A stretch of 64,000 nucleotides of DNA from Eledone cirrhosa (taxonomy: Eukaryota), in NCBI GenBank assembly GCA_964016885.1, contig OZ024754.1, positions 21,948,001 to 22,012,000 of the forward strand. Reading direction: 5' to 3'. Positions 15,001-30,000 of this stretch are shown in pieces; positions within the stretch are counted from its first letter, which is position 1, and each line of letters starts with the position of its first letter. The position numbers and the translations under genes were made by a program. The notes beneath the pieces are model-generated. The model was not told the DNA's origin, did no database searches, and saw nothing but the letters and a program-made list of their open reading frames with translations.

Positions 15001-18000
15001 TATGTTATATATGTGTGGTAGATGGAGGTATGTTATGTGTGTGGTAGATGGAGGTATGTTATATATGTGGTAGATGGATGTATGTTATATATATGTGGTA
15101 GATGGAGGTATGTTATATATGTGATAGATGGAGGTATGTATTATATGTGGTAGATGGAAGTATGTTATATGTGTGTGGTAGATGGAGGTATGTTATATGT
15201 GTGTGGTAGATGGAGGTATGTTATATATGTGTGGTAGATGTAGGTATGTTATATATGTGGTAGATGGAGGAATGTTATATATGTGGTAGATGGAGGTATG
15301 TTATATATGTGGCAGATGTAGGTATGTTATATATGTGGTAGATGGATGTATGTTATATATATGTGGTAGATGGAGGTATGTTATATGTGTGGTAGATGTA
15401 GATATGTTATATATATGTGGTAGATGGAGGTATGTTATATGTGAGGTAAATGGAGGTATGTTATATATGTGGTAGATGGAGATATGTTATATATGTGTGG
15501 TAGATGGAGGTATGTTATATGTGTGGTAGATGGAGGTATGTTATATGTGTGTGGTAGATGTAGGTATGTTATATATGTGGTAGATGGAGGTATGTTATAT
15601 GTATGTGGTAGATGGAGGTATGTTATATATGTGGTAGATGGAGGTATGTTATATATATGTGGTAGATGGAGGTATGTTATATATATGTGGTAGAGGGATG
15701 TATGTTATATGTGTAGTAGATGGAGGTATGTTATATGTGTGATAGTAGGAGGTATGTTATATGTGTGATAGTAGGAGGTATGTTATATATGTGGTAGATG
15801 GAGGTATGTTATATGCATGGTAGATGGAGGTATATTATATGCATGGTAGATGGACGTATGTTATATATGTGTGGTAGATGTAGGTATGTTATGTATGTGG
15901 TAGATGGAGGTATGTTATTTGTGTGGTAGATGGAGGTATGTTATATGTGTGGAATGTAGGTATTTTATATGTGTGGTAGATGGAGATATGTTATATATGT
16001 GTGGTAGATGGAGGTATGTTATGTGTGGTAGATGGAGGAATGTTATATGTGTGGAAGATGGAGGTATGTTATATATATGTGGTAGATGGAGGTATGTTAT
16101 ATGTGTGGAAGATGGAGGTATGTTATATATATGTGGTAGATGGAGGTATGTTATATATATGTGGTAGATGGAGGTATGTTATATATGTGTGATAGATGGA
16201 GGTAGGTTATATGTGTGGTAGATGGATGTATGTTATATGTGTGGTAGATGGATGTATGTTATATATCTGTGGTAGATGGAGGTATGTTATATGCGTGGTA
16301 GATGGAGGTATGTTATATATGTGGTAGATGGAGGTATGTTATATATATGTGGTAGATGGAGGTATGTTATATATATATGTGGTAGATGGAGGTATGTTAT
16401 ATATATGGTAGATTGAGGTATGTTATATATGTGTGGTAGATGGAGGTATGTTATATGTGTGGTAGATGGAGGTATGTTATATATGTGATAGATGGAGGTA
16501 TGTGGTAGATGGAGGTATGTTATATATGTGGTAGATGGAGGTATGTTATATATGTGGTAGATGGAGGTATGTTATATATGTGGTAGATGGAGGTATGTTA
16601 TGTATGTGGTAGATGGAGGTATGTTATATATGTGGTAGATGGAGGTATGTTATATATGTGGTAGATGGAGGTATGTTATATATGTGGTAGATGGAGGTAT
16701 GTTATATATGTGGTAGATGGAGGTATGTTATGTATGTGGTAGATGGAGGTATGTTATATATGTGGTAGATGGAGGTATGTTATATATGTGGTAGATGGAG
16801 GTATGTTATATATGTGTGGTAGATGGAGGTATGTTATATATGTGGTAGATGGAGGTATGTTATATATGTGTGGTAGATGGAGGTATGTTATATATGTGGT
16901 AGATGGAGGTATGTTATATATGTGTGGTAGATGGAGGTATGTTATATATGTGGTAGATGGAAGTATGTTATATGTGTGTGGTAGATGGAGGTATGTTATA
17001 TATGTGGTAGATGGAGGTATGTTATATGTGTGGTAGATGGAGGAATGTTATATATGTGGTAGATGGAGGTATGTTATATATGTGGCAGATGTAGGTATGT
17101 TATATATGTGGTAGATGGATGTATGTTATATATATGTGGTAGATGGAGGTATGTTATATGTGTGGTAGATGTAGATATGTTATATATATGTGGTAGATGG
17201 AGGTATGTTATATGTGAGGTAAATGGAGGTATGTTATATATGTGGTAGATGGAGATATGTTATATATGTGTGGTAGATGGAGGTATGTTATATGTGTGGT
17301 AGATGGAGGTATGTTATATGTGTGTGGTAGATGTAGGTATGTTATATATGTGGTAGATGGAGGTATGTTATATGTGTGTGGTAGATGGAGGTATGTTATA
17401 TATGTGGTAGATGGAGGTATGTTATATATATGTGGTAGATGGATGTATGTTATATATATATGGTAGATGGAGGTATGTTATATATATGTGGTAGAGGGAT
17501 GTATGTTATATGTGTAGTAGATGGAGGTATGTTATATGTGTGATAGTAGGAGGTATGTTATATATGTGGTAGATGGAGGTATGTTATATGCAAGGTAGAT
17601 GGAGGTATATTATATGCATGGTAGATGGACGTATGTTATATATGTGTGGTAGATGTAGGTATGTTATGTATGTGGTAGATGGAGGTATGTTATTTGTGTG
17701 GTAGATGTAGGTATGTTATATGTGTGGAATGTAGGTATTTTATATGTGTGGTAGATGGAGGTATGTTATACATGTGGTAGATGGAGATATGTTATATATG
17801 TGTGGTAGATGGAGGTATGTTATGTGTGGTAGATGGAGGAATGTTATATGTGTGGAAGATGGAGGTATGTTATATATATGTGGTAGATGGAGGTATGTTA
17901 TATGTGTGGAAGATGGAGGTATGTTATATATATGTGGTAGATGGAGGTATGTTATATATATGTGGTAGATGGAGGTATGTTATATATGTGTGATAGATGG

Positions 18001-21000
18001 AGGTAGGTTATATGTGTGGTAGATGGATGTATGTTATATGTGTGGTAGATGGATTTATGTTATATATCTGTGGTAGATGGAGGTATGTTATATGCGTGGT
18101 AGATGGAGGTATGTTATATATGTGGTAGATGGAGGTATGTTATATATATGTGGTAGATGGAGGTATGTTATATATATATGTGGTAGATGGAGGTATGTTA
18201 TATATATGGTAGATTGAGGTATGTTATATATGTGTGGTAGATGGAGGTATGTCATATGTGTGGTAGATGGAGGTATGTTATATATGTGATAGATGGAGGT
18301 ATGTTATATATGTGGTAGATGGAGTTATGTTATATATGTGGTAGATGGAGGTATGTTATATATGTGGTAGATGGAGGTATGTTATATATGTGGTAGATGG
18401 AGGTATGTTATGTATGTGGTAGATGGAGGTATGTTATATATGTGGTAGATGGAGGTATGTTATATATGTGGTAGATGGAGGTATGTTATATATGTGGTAG
18501 ATGGAGGTATGTTATATATGTGGTAGATGGAGGTATGTTATGTATGTGGTAGATGGAGGTATGTTATATATGTGGTAGATGGAGGTATGTTATATATGTG
18601 GTAGATGGAGGTATGTTATATATGTGTGGTAGATGGAGGTATGTTATATATGTGGTAGATGGAGGTATGTTATATATGTGTGGTAGATGGAGGTATGTTA
18701 TATATGTGGTAGATGGAGGTATGTTATATATGTGTGGTAGATGGAGGTATGTTATATATGTGGTAGATGGAAGTATGTTATATGTGTGTGGTAGATGGAG
18801 GTATGTTATATATGTGGTAGATGGAGGTATGTTATATGTGTGGTAGATGGAGGTATGTTATATATGTGGTAGATGGAGGTATGTTATATATGTGGTAGAT
18901 GGAGGTATGTTATATGTGTGGTAGATGTAGTTATATTATATGCATGGTAGATGGAGGTATGTTATATGTGTGTGGTAGATGTAGGTATGTTATATATGTG
19001 TGGTAGATGGAGGTATGTTATATGTGGTAGATTGAGGTATGTTATATGTGTGTGGTAGATGGAGGTATGTTATATATGTGGTAGATGGAGGTATGTTATA
19101 TGCGTGGTAGATGGAGGTATGTTATATATGTGGTAGATGGAGGTATGTTATATATGTCTGGTAGATGGAGGTATGTTATATATGTGGTAGATGGAGGTAT
19201 GTTATATGTGTGGTAGATGGAGGTATGTTATATATATGTGGTAGATGGATGTATGTTATATATGTGGTAGATGGAGGTATGTTATATATATGTGGTAGAG
19301 GGATGTATGTTATATGTGTAGTAGATGGTGGTATGTTATATGTGTGATAGTAGGAGGTATGTTATATATGTGGTAGATGGAGGTATGTTATATGCATGGT
19401 AGATGGAGGTATGTTATAGATGTGTGGTAGATGGAGGTATGTTATAGATGTGTGGTAGATGTAGGTATGTTATGTATGTGGTAGATGGAGGTATGTTATA
19501 TGCATGGTAGATGGTGGTATGTTATATATGTGGTAGATGGAGGTATGTTATATGCGTGGTAGATGGAGGTATGTTATATATGTGTGGTAGATGGATGTAT
19601 GTTATATATATATGGTAGATGGAGGTATGTTATATATATGTGGTAGAGGGATGTATGTTATATGTGTAGTAGATGGAGGTATGTTATATGTGTGATAGTA
19701 GGAGGTATGTTATATATGTGGTAGATGGAGGTATGTTATATGCAAGGTAGATGGAGGTATATTATATGCATGGTAGATGGACGTATGTTATATATGTGTG
19801 GTAGATGTAGGTATGTTATGTATGTGGTAGATGGAGGTATGTTATTTGTGTGGTAGATGTAGGTATGTTATATGTGTGGAATGTAGGTATTTTATATGTG
19901 TGGTAGATGGAGGTATGTTATACATGTGGTAGATGGAGATATGTTATATATGTGTGGTAGATGGAGGTATGTTATGTGTGGTAGATGGAGGAATGTTATA
20001 TGTGTGGAAGATGGAGGTATGTTATATATATGTGGTAGATGGAGGTATGTTATATGTGTGGAAGATGGAGGTATGTTATATATATGTGGTAGATGGAGGT
20101 ATGTTATATATATGTGGTAGATGGAGGTATGTTATATATGTGTGATAGATGGAGGTAGGTTATATGTGTGGTAGATGGATGTATGTTATATGTGTGGTAG
20201 ATGGATTTATGTTATATATCTGTGGTAGATGGAGGTATGTTATATGCGTGGTAGATGGAGGTATGTTATATATGTGGTAGATGGAGGTATGTTATATATA
20301 TGTGGTAGATGGAGGTATGTTATATATATATGTGGTAGATGGAGGTATGTTATATATATGGTAGATTGAGGTATGTTATATATGTGTGGTAGATGGAGGT
20401 ATGTCATATGTGTGGTAGATGGAGGTATGTTATATATGTGATAGATGGAGGTATGTTATATATGTGGTAGATGGAGTTATGTTATATATGTGGTAGATGG
20501 AGGTATGTTATATATGTGGTAGATGGAGGTATGTTATATATGTGGTAGATGGAGGTATGTTATGTATGTGGTAGATGGAGGTATGTTATATATGTGGTAG
20601 ATGGAGGTATGTTATATATGTGGTAGATGGAGGTATGTTATATATGTGGTAGATGGAGGTATGTTATATATGTGGTAGATGGAGGTATGTTATGTATGTG
20701 GTAGATGGAGGTATGTTATATATGTGGTAGATGGAGGTATGTTAAATATGTGGTAGATGGAGGTATGTTATATATGTGTGGTAGATGGAGGTATGTTATA
20801 TATGTGGTAGATGGAGGTATGTTATATATGTGTGGTAGATGGAGGTATGTTATATATGTGGTAGATGGAGGTATGTTATATATGTGTGGTAGATGGAGGT
20901 ATGTTATATATGTGGTAGATGGAAGTATGTTATATGTGTGTGGTAGATGGAGGTATGTTATATATGTGGTAGATGGAGGTATGTTATATGTGTGGTAGAT

Positions 21001-24000
21001 GGAGGAATGTTATATATGTGGTAGATGGAGGTATGTTATATATGTGGCAGATGTAGGTATGTTATATATGTGGTAGATGGATGTATGTTATATATATGTG
21101 GTAGATGGAGGTATGTTATATGTGTGGTAGATGTAGATATGTTATATATATGTGGTAGATGGAGGTATGTTATATGTGAGGTAAATGGAGGTATGTTATA
21201 TATGTGGTAGATGGAGATATGTTATATATGTGTGGTAGATGGAGGTATGTTATATGTGTGGTAGATGGAGGTATGTTATGTGTGTGGTAGATGTAGGTAT
21301 GTTATATATGTGGTAGATGGAGGTATGTTATGTGTGTGGTAGATGGAGGTATGTTATATATGTGGTAGATGGAGGTATGTTATATATATGTGGTAGATGG
21401 ATGTATGTTATATATATATGGTAGATGGAGGTATGTTATATATATGTGGTAGAGGGATGTATGTTATATGTGTAGTAGATGGAGGTATGTTATATGTGTG
21501 ATAGTAGGAGGTATGTTATATATGTGGTAGATGGAGGTATGTTATATGCAAGGTAGATGGAGGTATATTATATGCATGGTAGATGGACGTATGTTATATA
21601 TGTGTGGTAGATGTAGGTATGTTATGTATGTGGTAGATGGAGGTATGTTATTTGTGTGGTAGATGGAGGTATGTTATATGTGTGGAATGTAGGTATTTTA
21701 TATGTGTGGTAGATGGAGGTATGTTATACATGTGGTAGATGGAGATATGTTATATATGTGTGGTAGATGGAGGTATGTTATGTGTGGTAGATGGAGGAAT
21801 GTTATATGTGTGGAAGATGGAGGTATGTTATATATATGTGGTAGATGGAGGTATGTTATATGTGTGGAAGATGGAGGTATGTTATATATATGTGGTAGAT
21901 GGAGGTATGTTATATATATGTGGTAGATGGAGGTATGTTATATATGTGTGATAGATGGAGGTAGGTTATATGTGTGGTAGATGGATGTATGTTATATGTG
22001 TGGTAGATGGATTTATGTTATATATCTGTGGTAGATGGAGGTATGTTATATGCGTGGTAGATGGAGGTATGTTATATATGTGGTAGATGGAGGTATGTTA
22101 TATATATGTGGTAGATGGAGGTATGTTATATATATATGTGGTAGATGGAGGTATGTTATATATATGGTAGATTGAGGTATGTTATATATGTGTGGTAGAT
22201 GGAGGTATGTCATATGTGTGGTAGATGGAGGTATGTTATATATGTGATAGATGGAGGTATGTTATATATGTGGTAGATGGAGTTATGTTATATATGTGGT
22301 AGATGGAGGTATGTTATATATGTGGTAGATGGAGGTATGTTATATATGTGGTAGATGGAGGTATGTTATGTATGTGGTAGATGGAGGTATGTTATATATG
22401 TGGTAGATGGAGGTATGTTATATATGTGGTAGATGGAGGTATGTTATATATGTGGTAGATGGAGGTATGTTATATATGTGGTAGATGGAGGTATGTTATG
22501 TATGTGGTAGATGGAGGTATGTTATATATGTGGTAGATGGAGGTATGTTATATATGTGGTAGATGGAGGTATGTTATATATGTGTGGTAGATGGAGGTAT
22601 GTTATATATGTGGTAGATGGAGGTATGTTATATATGTGTGGTAGATGGAGGTATGTTATATATGTGGTAGATGGAGGTATGTTATATATGTGTGGTAGAT
22701 GGAGGTATGTTATATATGTGGTAGATGGAAGTATGTTATATGTGTGTGGTAGATGGAGGTATGTTATATATGTGGTAGATGGAGGTATGTTATATGTGTG
22801 GTAGATGGAGGTATGTTATATATGTGGTAGATGGAGGTATGTTATATATGTGGTAGATGGAGGTATGTTATATGTGTGGTAGATGTAGTTATATTATATG
22901 CATGGTAGATGGAGGTATGTTATATGTGTGTGGTAGATGTAGGTATGTTATATATGTGTGGTAGATGGAGGTATGTTATATGTGGTAGATTGAGGTATGT
23001 TATATGTGTGTGGTAGATGGAGGTATGTTATATATGTGGTAGATGGAGGTATGTTATATGCGTGGTAGATGGAGGTATGTTATATATGTGGTAGATGGAG
23101 GTATGTTATATATGTCTGGTAGATGGAGGTATGTTATATATGTGGTAGATGGAGGTATGTTATATGTGTGGTAGATGGAGGTATGTTATATATATGTGGT
23201 AGATGGATGTATGTTATATATGTGGTAGATGGAGGTATGTTATATATATGTGGTAGAGGGATGTATGTTATATGTGTAGTAGATGGTGGTATGTTATATG
23301 TGTGATAGTAGGAGGTATGTTATATATGTGGTAGATGGAGGTATGTTATATGCATGGTAGATGGAGGTATGTTATAGATGTGTGGTAGATGGAGGTATGT
23401 TATAGATGTGTGGTAGATGTAGGTATGTTATGTATGTGGTAGATGGAGGTATGTTATATGCATGGTAGATGGTGGTATGTTATATATGTGGTAGATGGAG
23501 GTATGTTATATGCGTGGTAGATGGAGGTATGTTATATATGTGTGGTAGATGGAGGTATGTTATATGTGTGTGGTAGATGGAGGTATGTTATATGTGGTAG
23601 ATGGAGGTATGTTATATATATGTGGTAGATGGAAGTATGTTATATATATGTGGTAGATGGAGGTATGTTATATATGTGGTAGATGGAGGTATGTTATATA
23701 TGTGGTAGATGGAGGTATGTTATATATATGTGGTAGATGGAGGTATGTTATATATGTGGTAGATGGAGGTATGTTATATATATGTGGTAGATGGAGGTAT
23801 GTTATATGCGTGGTAGATGGAGGTATGTTATATATATGTGGTAGATGGAGGTATGTTATATGTGTGTGGTAGATGGAGGTATGTTATATGTGTGGTAGAT
23901 GGAGCTATGTTATATATATGTGATAGATGGAGGTATGTTATATATATGTGGTAGATGGAGGTATGTTATATATATGTGGTAGATGGAGGTATGTTATATA

Positions 24001-27000
24001 TATGTGGTAGATGGAGGTATGTTATATATGTGGTAGATGGAGGTATGTTATATATGTGGTAGATGGAGGTATGTTATATATGTGGTAGATGGAGGTATGT
24101 TATATATATGTGGTAGATGGAGGTATGTTATATGCGTAGTAGATGTAGGTATGTTATATATGTGGTAGATGGAGGTATGTTATATATGTGGTAGATGGAG
24201 GTATGTTATATATATGTGGTAGATGGAGGTATGTTATATGTGTGTGGTAGATGGAGGTATGTTATATATATGTGGTAGATGGAGGTATGTTATATGTGTG
24301 TGGTAGATGGAGTTATGTTATATATATGTGGTAGATGGAGGTATGTTATATGTGTTGTAGATGGAGGTATGTTATATGTGTGTGGTAGATGGAGGTATGT
24401 TATATATGTGTGGTAGATGGAGGAATAGTATCTATATATATCTATGGTAGATGGAGGTATGTTATATATGTGTGGTAGATGGAGGTATGTTATGTGTGTG
24501 GTAGATGGAGGTATGTTATATATGTGGTAGATGGATGTATGTTATATATATGTGGTAGATGGAGGTATGTTATATATGTGATAGATGGAGGTATGTATTA
24601 TATGTGGTAGATGGAAGTATGTTATATGTGTGTGGTAGATGGAGGTATGTTATATGTGTGTGGTAGATGGAGGTATGTTATATATGTGTGGTAGATGTAG
24701 GTATGTTATATATGTGGTAGATGGAGGAATGTTATATATGTGGTAGATGGAGGTATGTTATATATGTGGCAGATGTAGGTATGTTATATATGTGGTAGAT
24801 GGATGTATGTTATATATATGTGGTAGATGGAGGTATGTTATATGTGTGGTAGATGTAGATATGTTATATATATGTGGTAGATGGAGGTATGTTATATGTG
24901 AGGTAAATGGAGGTATGTTATATATGTGGTAGATGGAGATATGTTATATATGTGTGGTAGATGGAGGTATGTTATATGTGTGGTAGATGGAGGTATGTTA
25001 TATGTGTGTGGTAGATGTAGGTATGTTATATATGTGGTAGATGGAGGTATGTTATATGTGTGTGGTAGATGGAGGTATGTTATATATGTGGTAGATGGAG
25101 GTATGTTATATATATGTGGTAGATGGAGGTATGTTATATATATGTGGTAGAGGGATGTATGTTATATGTGTAGTAGATGGAGGTATGTTATATGTGTGAT
25201 AGTAGGAGGTATGTTATATGTGTGATAGTAGGAGGTATGTTATATATGTGGTAGATGGAGGTATGTTATATGCATGGTAGATGGAGGTATATTATATGCA
25301 TGGTAGATGGACGTATGTTATATATGTGTGGTAGATGTAGGTATGTTATGTATGTGGTAGATGGAGGTATGTTATTTGTGTGGTAGATGGAGGTATGTTA
25401 TATGTGTGGAATGTAGGTATTTTATATGTGTGGTAGATGGAGATATGTTATATATGTGTGGTAGATGGAGGTATGTTATGTGTGGTAGATGGAGGAATGT
25501 TATATGTGTGGAAGATGGAGGTATGTTATATATATGTGGTAGATGGAGGTATGTTATATGTGTGGAAGATGGAGGTATGTTATATATATGTGGTAGATGG
25601 AGGTATGTTATATATATGTGGTAGATGGAGGTATGTTATATATGTGTGATAGATGGAGGTAGGTTATATGTGTGGTAGATGGATGTATGTTATATGTGTG
25701 GTAGATGGATGTATGTTATATATCTGTGGTAGATGGAGGTATGTTATATGCGTGGTAGATGGAGGTATGTTATATATGTGGTAGATGGAGGTATGTTATA
25801 TATATGTGGTAGATGGAGGTATGTTATATATATATGTGGTAGATGGAGGTATGTTATATATATGGTAGATTGAGGTATGTTATATATGTGTGGTAGATGG
25901 AGGTATGTTATATGTGTGGTAGATGGAGGTATGTTATATATGTGATAGATGGAGGTATGTTATATATGTGGTAGATGGAGGTATGTTATATATGTGGTAG
26001 ATGGAGGTATGTTATATATGTGGTAGATGGAGGTCTGTTATATATGTGGTAGATGGAGGTATGTTATGTATGTGGTAGATGGAGGTATGTTATATATGTG
26101 GTAGATGGAGGTATGTTATATATGTGGTAGATGGAGGTATGTTATATATGTGGTAGATGGAGGTATGTTATATATGTGGTAGATGGAGGTATGTTATGTA
26201 TGTGGTAGATGGAGGTATGTTATATATGTGGTAGATGGAGGTATGTTATATATGTGGTAGATGGAGGTATGTTATATATGTGTGGTAGATGGAGGTATGT
26301 TATATATGTGGTAGATGGAGGTATGTTATATATGTGTGGTAGATGGAGGTATGTTATATATGTGGTAGATGGAGGTATGTTATATATGTGTGGTAGATGG
26401 AGGTATGTTATATATGTGGTAGATGGAAGTATGTTATATGTGTGTGGTAGATGGAGGTATGTTATATATGTGGTAGATGGAGGTATGTTATATGTGTGGT
26501 AGATGGAGGAATGTTATATATGTGGTAGATGGAGGTATGTTATATATGTGGCAGATGTAGGTATGTTATATATGTGGTAGATGGATGTATGTTATATATA
26601 TGTGGTAGATGGAGGTATGTTATATGTGTGGTAGATGTAGATATGTTATATATATGTGGTAGATGGAGGTATGTTATATGTGAGGTAAATGGAGGTATGT
26701 TATATATGTGGTAGATGGAGATATGTTATATATGTGTGGTAGATGGAGGTATGTTATATGTGTGGTAGATGGAGGTATGTTATGTGTGTGGTAGATGTAG
26801 GTATGTTATATATGTGGTAGATGGAGGTATGTTATATGTGTGTGGTAGATGGAGGTATGTTATATATGTGGTAGATGGAGGTATGTTATATATATGTGGT
26901 AGATGGATGTATGTTATATATATATGGTAGATGGAGGTATGTTATATATATGTGGTAGAGGGATGTATGTTATATGTGTAGTAGATGGAGGTATGTTATA

Positions 27001-30000
27001 TGTGTGATAGTAGGAGGTATGTTATATATGTGGTAGATGGAGGTATGTTATATGCAAGGTAGATGGAGGTATATTATATGCATGGTAGATGGACGTATGT
27101 TATATATGTGTGGTAGATGTAGGTATGTTATGTATGTGGTAGATGGAGGTATGTTATTTGTGTGGTAGATGGAGGTATGTTATATGTGTGGAATGTAGGT
27201 ATTTTATATGTGTGGTAGATGGAGGTATGTTATACATGTGGTAGATGGAGATATGTTATATATGTGTGGTAGATGGAGGTATGTTATGTGTGGTAGATGG
27301 AGGAATGTTATATGTGTGGAAGATGGAGGTATGTTATATATATGTGGTAGATGGAGGTATGTTATATGTGTGGAAGATGGAGGTATGTTATATATATGTG
27401 GTAGATGGAGGTATGTTATATATATGTGGTAGATGGAGGTATGTTATATATGTGTGATAGATGGAGGTAGGTTATATGTGTGGTAGATGGATGTATGTTA
27501 TATGTGTGGTAGATGGATTTATGTTATATATCTGTGGTAGATGGAGGTATGTTATATGCGTGGTAGATGGAGGTATGTTATATATGTGGTAGATGGAGGT
27601 ATGTTATATATATGTAGTAGATGGAGGTATGTTATATATATATGTGGTAGATGGAGGTATGTTATATATATGGTAGATTGAGGTATGTTATATATGTGTG
27701 GTAGATGGAGGTATGTTATATGTGTGGTAGATGGAGGTATGTTATATATGTGATAGATGGAGGTATGTTATATATGTGGTAGATGGAGTTATGTTATATA
27801 TGTGGTAGATGGAGGTATGTTATATATGTGGTAGATGGAGGTATGTTATATATGTGGTAGATGGAGGTATGTTATGTATGTGGTAGATGGAGGTATGTTA
27901 TATATGTGGTAGATGGAGGTATGTTATATATGTGGTAGATGGAGGTATGTTATATATGTGGTAGATGGAGGTATGTTATATATGTGGTAGATGGAGGTAT
28001 GTTATGTATGTGGTAGATGGAGGTATGTTATATATGTGGTAGATGGAGGTATGTTATATATGTGGTAGATGGAGGTATGTTATATATGTGTGGTAGATGG
28101 AGGTATGTTATATATGTGGTAGATGGAGGTATGTTATATATGTGTGGTAGATGGAGGTATGTTATATATGTGGTAGATGGAGGTATGTTATATATGTGTG
28201 GTAGATGGAGGTATGTTATATATGTGGTAGATGGAAGTATGTTATATGTGTGTGGTAGATGGAGGTATGTTATATATGTGGTAGATGGAGGTATGTTATA
28301 TGTGTGGTAGATGGAGGTATGTTATATATGTGGTAGATGGAGGTATGTTATATATGTGGTAGATGGAGGTATGTTATATGTGTGGTAGATGTAGTTATAT
28401 TATATGCATGGTAGATGGAGGTATGTTATATGTGTGTGGTAGATGTAGGTATGTTATATATGTGTGGTAGATGGAGGTATGTTATATGTGGTAGATTGAG
28501 GTATGTTATATGTGTGTGGTAGATGGAGGTATGTTATATATGTGTGGTAGATGGAGGTATGTTATATGTGGTAGATGGAGGTATGTTATATGTGTGGTAG
28601 ATGGAGGTATGTTATATATGTGGTAGATGGAGGTATGTTATATATGTGGTAGATGGAGGTATGTTATATGTGTGGTAGATGTAGTTATATTATATGCATG
28701 GTAGATGGAGGTATGTTATATGTGTGTGGTAGATGTAGGTATGTTATATATGTGTGGTAGATGGAGGTATGTTATATGTGGTAGATTGAGGTATGTTATA
28801 TGTGTGTGGTAGATGGAGGTATGTTATATGTGGTAGATGGAGGTATGTTATATATGTGGTAGATGGAGGTATGTTATATGCGTGGTAGATGGAGGTATGT
28901 TATATATGTGGTAGATGGAGGTATGTTATATATGTCTGGTAGATGGAGGTATGTTATATATGTGGTAGATGGAGGTATGTTATATGTGTGGTAGATGGAG
29001 GTATGTTATATATATGTGGTAGATGGATGTATGTTATATATGTGGTAGATGGAGGTATGTTATATATATGTGGTAGAGGGATGTATGTTATATGTGTAGT
29101 AGATGGTGGTATGTTATATGTGTGATAGTAGGAGGTATGTTATATATGTGGTAGATGGAGGTATGTTATATGCATGGTAGATGGAGGTATGTTATAGATG
29201 TGTGGTAGATGGAGGTATGTTATAGATGTGTGGTAGATGTAGGTATGTTATGTATGTGGTAGATGGAGGTATGTTATATGCATGGTAGATGGTGGTATGT
29301 TATATATGTGGTAGATGGAGGTATGTTATATGCGTGGTAGATGGAGGTATGTTATATATGTGTGGTAGATGGAGGTATGTTATATGTGTGTGGTAGATGG
29401 AGGTATGTTATATGTGGTAGATGGAGGTATGTTATATATATGTGGTAGATGGAAGTATGTTATATATATGTGGTAGATGGAGGTATGTTATATATGTGGT
29501 AGATGGAGGTATGTTATATATGTGGTAGATGGAGGTATGTTATATATATGTGGTAGATGGAGGTATGTTATATATGTGGTAGATGGAGGTATGTTATATA
29601 TATGTGGTAGATGGAGGTATGTTATATGCGTGGTAGATGGAGGTATGTTATATATATGTGGTAGATGGAGGTATGTTATATGTGTGTGGTAGATGGAGGT
29701 ATGTTATATGTGTGGTAGATGGAGCTATGTTATATATATGTGATAGATGGAGGTATGTTATATATATGTGGTAGATGGAGGTATGTTATATATATGTGGT
29801 AGATGGAGGTATGTTATATATATGTGGTAGATGGAGGTATGTTATATATGTGGTAGATGGAGGTATGTTATATATGTGGTAGATGGAGGTATGTTATATA
29901 TATGTGGTAGATGGAGGTATGTTATATGTGTGTGGTAGATGGAGGTATGTTATATGTGTGTGGTAGATGGAGGTATGTTATATGTGTGGTAGATGGAGGT